Origin: Dictyostelium discoideum
Taxonomy: Eukaryota
Reading direction: 5' to 3'
Assembly: GCA_000004695.1 (NCBI GenBank)
Contig: CM000151.3
Coordinates: forward strand, 4,064,001-4,128,000
Length of the DNA: 64,000 bases
This document shows positions 62,091-64,000 of this stretch, one piece after another. The notes under the pieces were generated by a model. It saw nothing but the letters and a program-made list of their open reading frames with translations. It was not told the DNA's origin and searched no databases. Position 1 is the first letter of the stretch. Each line of letters begins with the position of its first letter. The translations under genes were made by a program, and so were the position numbers.

Positions 62091-64000
62091 ATGGAACCAC
62101 CATCACCATTAATTAAATCAAATTTAACAATTCATGAATTGAATGTTAATTTATTTGAACCAATAATTACAGAAGAGAATGATAAAAAGGTAGCCTCAAT
62201 TGATGGTATTTTAAAAGCAACTCTTCAAATTCCAATTCAATCAACAAAAAGAAAATTATTATTAATTGTAATTGTTGATAAGAGTAGATCAATTCAAACT
62301 GCATGGTTTCAAATTCAATCAACTCTTTTAAATTTATTTTCAATGATTAGTAATGTTGATCAAGAAATTATTTTAGAAATTTTATTCTTTAATAGTTTTT
62401 GTTATAGATTAAAATATACAAAAGGTAAAAAAAAAAAAAAAATAAAATAAAAAAATAAAAAATATTAACTTTTTATTTTATTTTATTTTAATTTATTATA
62501 CAGAAAATTTTAGAGAATTAATTTTAAATGAGAAACCAAATGGTAAAACATGTTTTGCAGCAGCATTTTCAATGACAGAAGATACAATTAAAAAATATTA
62601 TAAGATTAGTTCAGAATTTAAAAGTGAAAGAGATTTTGATACACAAACTGATACAGCAATTGTATTATTAACAGATGGTAGTCATACAACTACAAGAGAT
62701 CATAAAAAGGCATTTAATAATTTACGTAATACTATTGATTTGGTTAAAAATGCATCCATTGTAACAAGTACAATGGGTTTTACACCAAATTCACGTTTTA
62801 CTGATTTAGATGGTATTAGAAGATTATTGGGTAATTCACCAGGTATTTACCAATATAGTGATCCTTCCGATGGTGCATATGCTCTTCAAGAGAAATTAAC
62901 TTTTATTTTAAAATATGTTTTAAATTCAAGTAATACATTTAATTTAAATATTAAAATTGAAACAATATATAATAATAATACTACTACTACTACTACTACA
63001 ACTGATGGTTCAACTACTACTACCACTACCCCTACTACTGTTGATAATCAAAAAAGTTTAATAACATTTAATAACGAAACTATTAAAAGTTCAATTAAAA
63101 AGAATTATCAATTAACATTTGATCAATTTGGTATTGGTGAAATATCATTAGGTATAAATTCAAGTGGTTATAATATATCAGAGATTATAGTTGATTTCGA
63201 TATTAATGGTGATGAAAAATTGAGAGAAATTAAATCAATTAAAGCAACAATAAAGAATGATCAATCAGAGGAATCAAAATATTATACAATTTTAATTGGT
63301 TTAGATTCAAAGATTAATTTATTGTTAAATGAAATTGAAAGATTTAATGTAACAAATAAACCAAGTGAGAAGCAAAAATCTGAATATTTAAAACAGATAA
63401 TTCAATATCAAAGTAAATTAAGTGAAATTGATAATATGAAGTTATTTAGAATTAAATCTGCAAATCGTTCAGAATTGGTTGAATTAAAGCAACAATCATT
63501 GAATATGACATCACAGCTATTGGATTTAATTAATAGTTGGGATCGTTCTGAATGGTCAACCACATCAAATGCTCGTGTTGCTGATATTACCTATCGTTAT
63601 TTATTTAAGAATACAGGTCGTCAAAGACGTATGAATTTAAAGGTTGCTAGAAATTCAACAAATATTAAAGAGGAAGCAAATAAATTCAAAGATTTACAAA
63701 TTGATATGGATGAATTGGAGGATATTGCAGATGGTGATGACGAAAAGCAGTCATCACTTTTAGAAGCCTCAAAGCAATTATTTACCGATGTTTTATCTTT
63801 ATCAGATTGGACTGAAGCTTTGGAGGAAAAGGATATTATGGGTTTCGGTTTATCAATTCAAAGACCTGAATCTGTAATTGATGATCCAACTCAAATTCGT
63901 ATTCAAGATATTTCAACCACTTTTATTTGTAAATCTTCAATTGAGGATGCTATTGCTTTATCATTGGAGGTTCACGGTCAAGAAAAGACTACTGGTGGCT
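62091..64000 (+). CDS. von Willebrand factor type A (vWA) domain protein, partial (continues beyond window end); exon 1 62091..62424, exon 2 62504..>64000
   Basis: Exon 1 ...RKLLLIVIVDKSRSIQTAWFQIQSTLLNLFSMI... ends at AAAG|GTAAAA, with acceptor tatacag|. Exon 2 ...KPNGKTCFAAAFSMTEDT...DTAIVLLTDGSHTTTRDHKKAF... completes a vWA/MIDAS-like fold, followed by a long alpha-helical region open to position 64000. It could be the vWA N-terminus of an alpha-kinase (vwkA-like) but the kinase part is not in the window. Confidence 0.55.

Overview
This window is a very AT-rich eukaryotic nuclear segment. Homopolymer A/T intergenic DNA, poly-Asn/poly-Gln coding microsatellites, short AT-rich introns with GTAAGT/GTATGT donors and (T)nAG acceptors, and protein homologies all point to Dictyostelium discoideum. 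It is not prokaryotic, and there are no CRISPR arrays or operons.

About 20 protein-coding genes can be supported, most with 1-3 short introns that the six-frame ORF track does not join:
- an ankyrin-repeat protein
- an RWP-RK protein
- a roadblock/LAMTOR2-like small gene hidden in low-complexity DNA
- a RasGEF
- a GT10 alpha-1,3-fucosyltransferase
- a Vma22/CCDC115-like gene
- glycogen branching enzyme
- UDP-glucose:glycoprotein glucosyltransferase
- an atypical Rab-like GTPase
- a Brl1/Brr6-like nuclear-envelope protein
- a FANCM-family helicase
- a Q/N-rich protein with a conserved globular domain
- FHIT
- a vWA-domain protein, partial at the window end

The accessory part (about 36.9-45.4 kb) is a nest of tRNA-gene-targeted non-LTR retrotransposons: a TRE5-like element upstream of a tRNA-Leu(UAA), and TRE3-like copies and fragments downstream of that tRNA and of a tRNA-Gly(GCC) on the other strand. 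The most notable small feature is a Class I ncRNA gene (Dictyostelium-specific) with its upstream DUSE element at about 20.6-20.7 kb, plus a divergent second copy.

Coordinates follow the supplied ORF track where available. My reading of long homopolymers in the printed text can be off by +/-1 nt locally.
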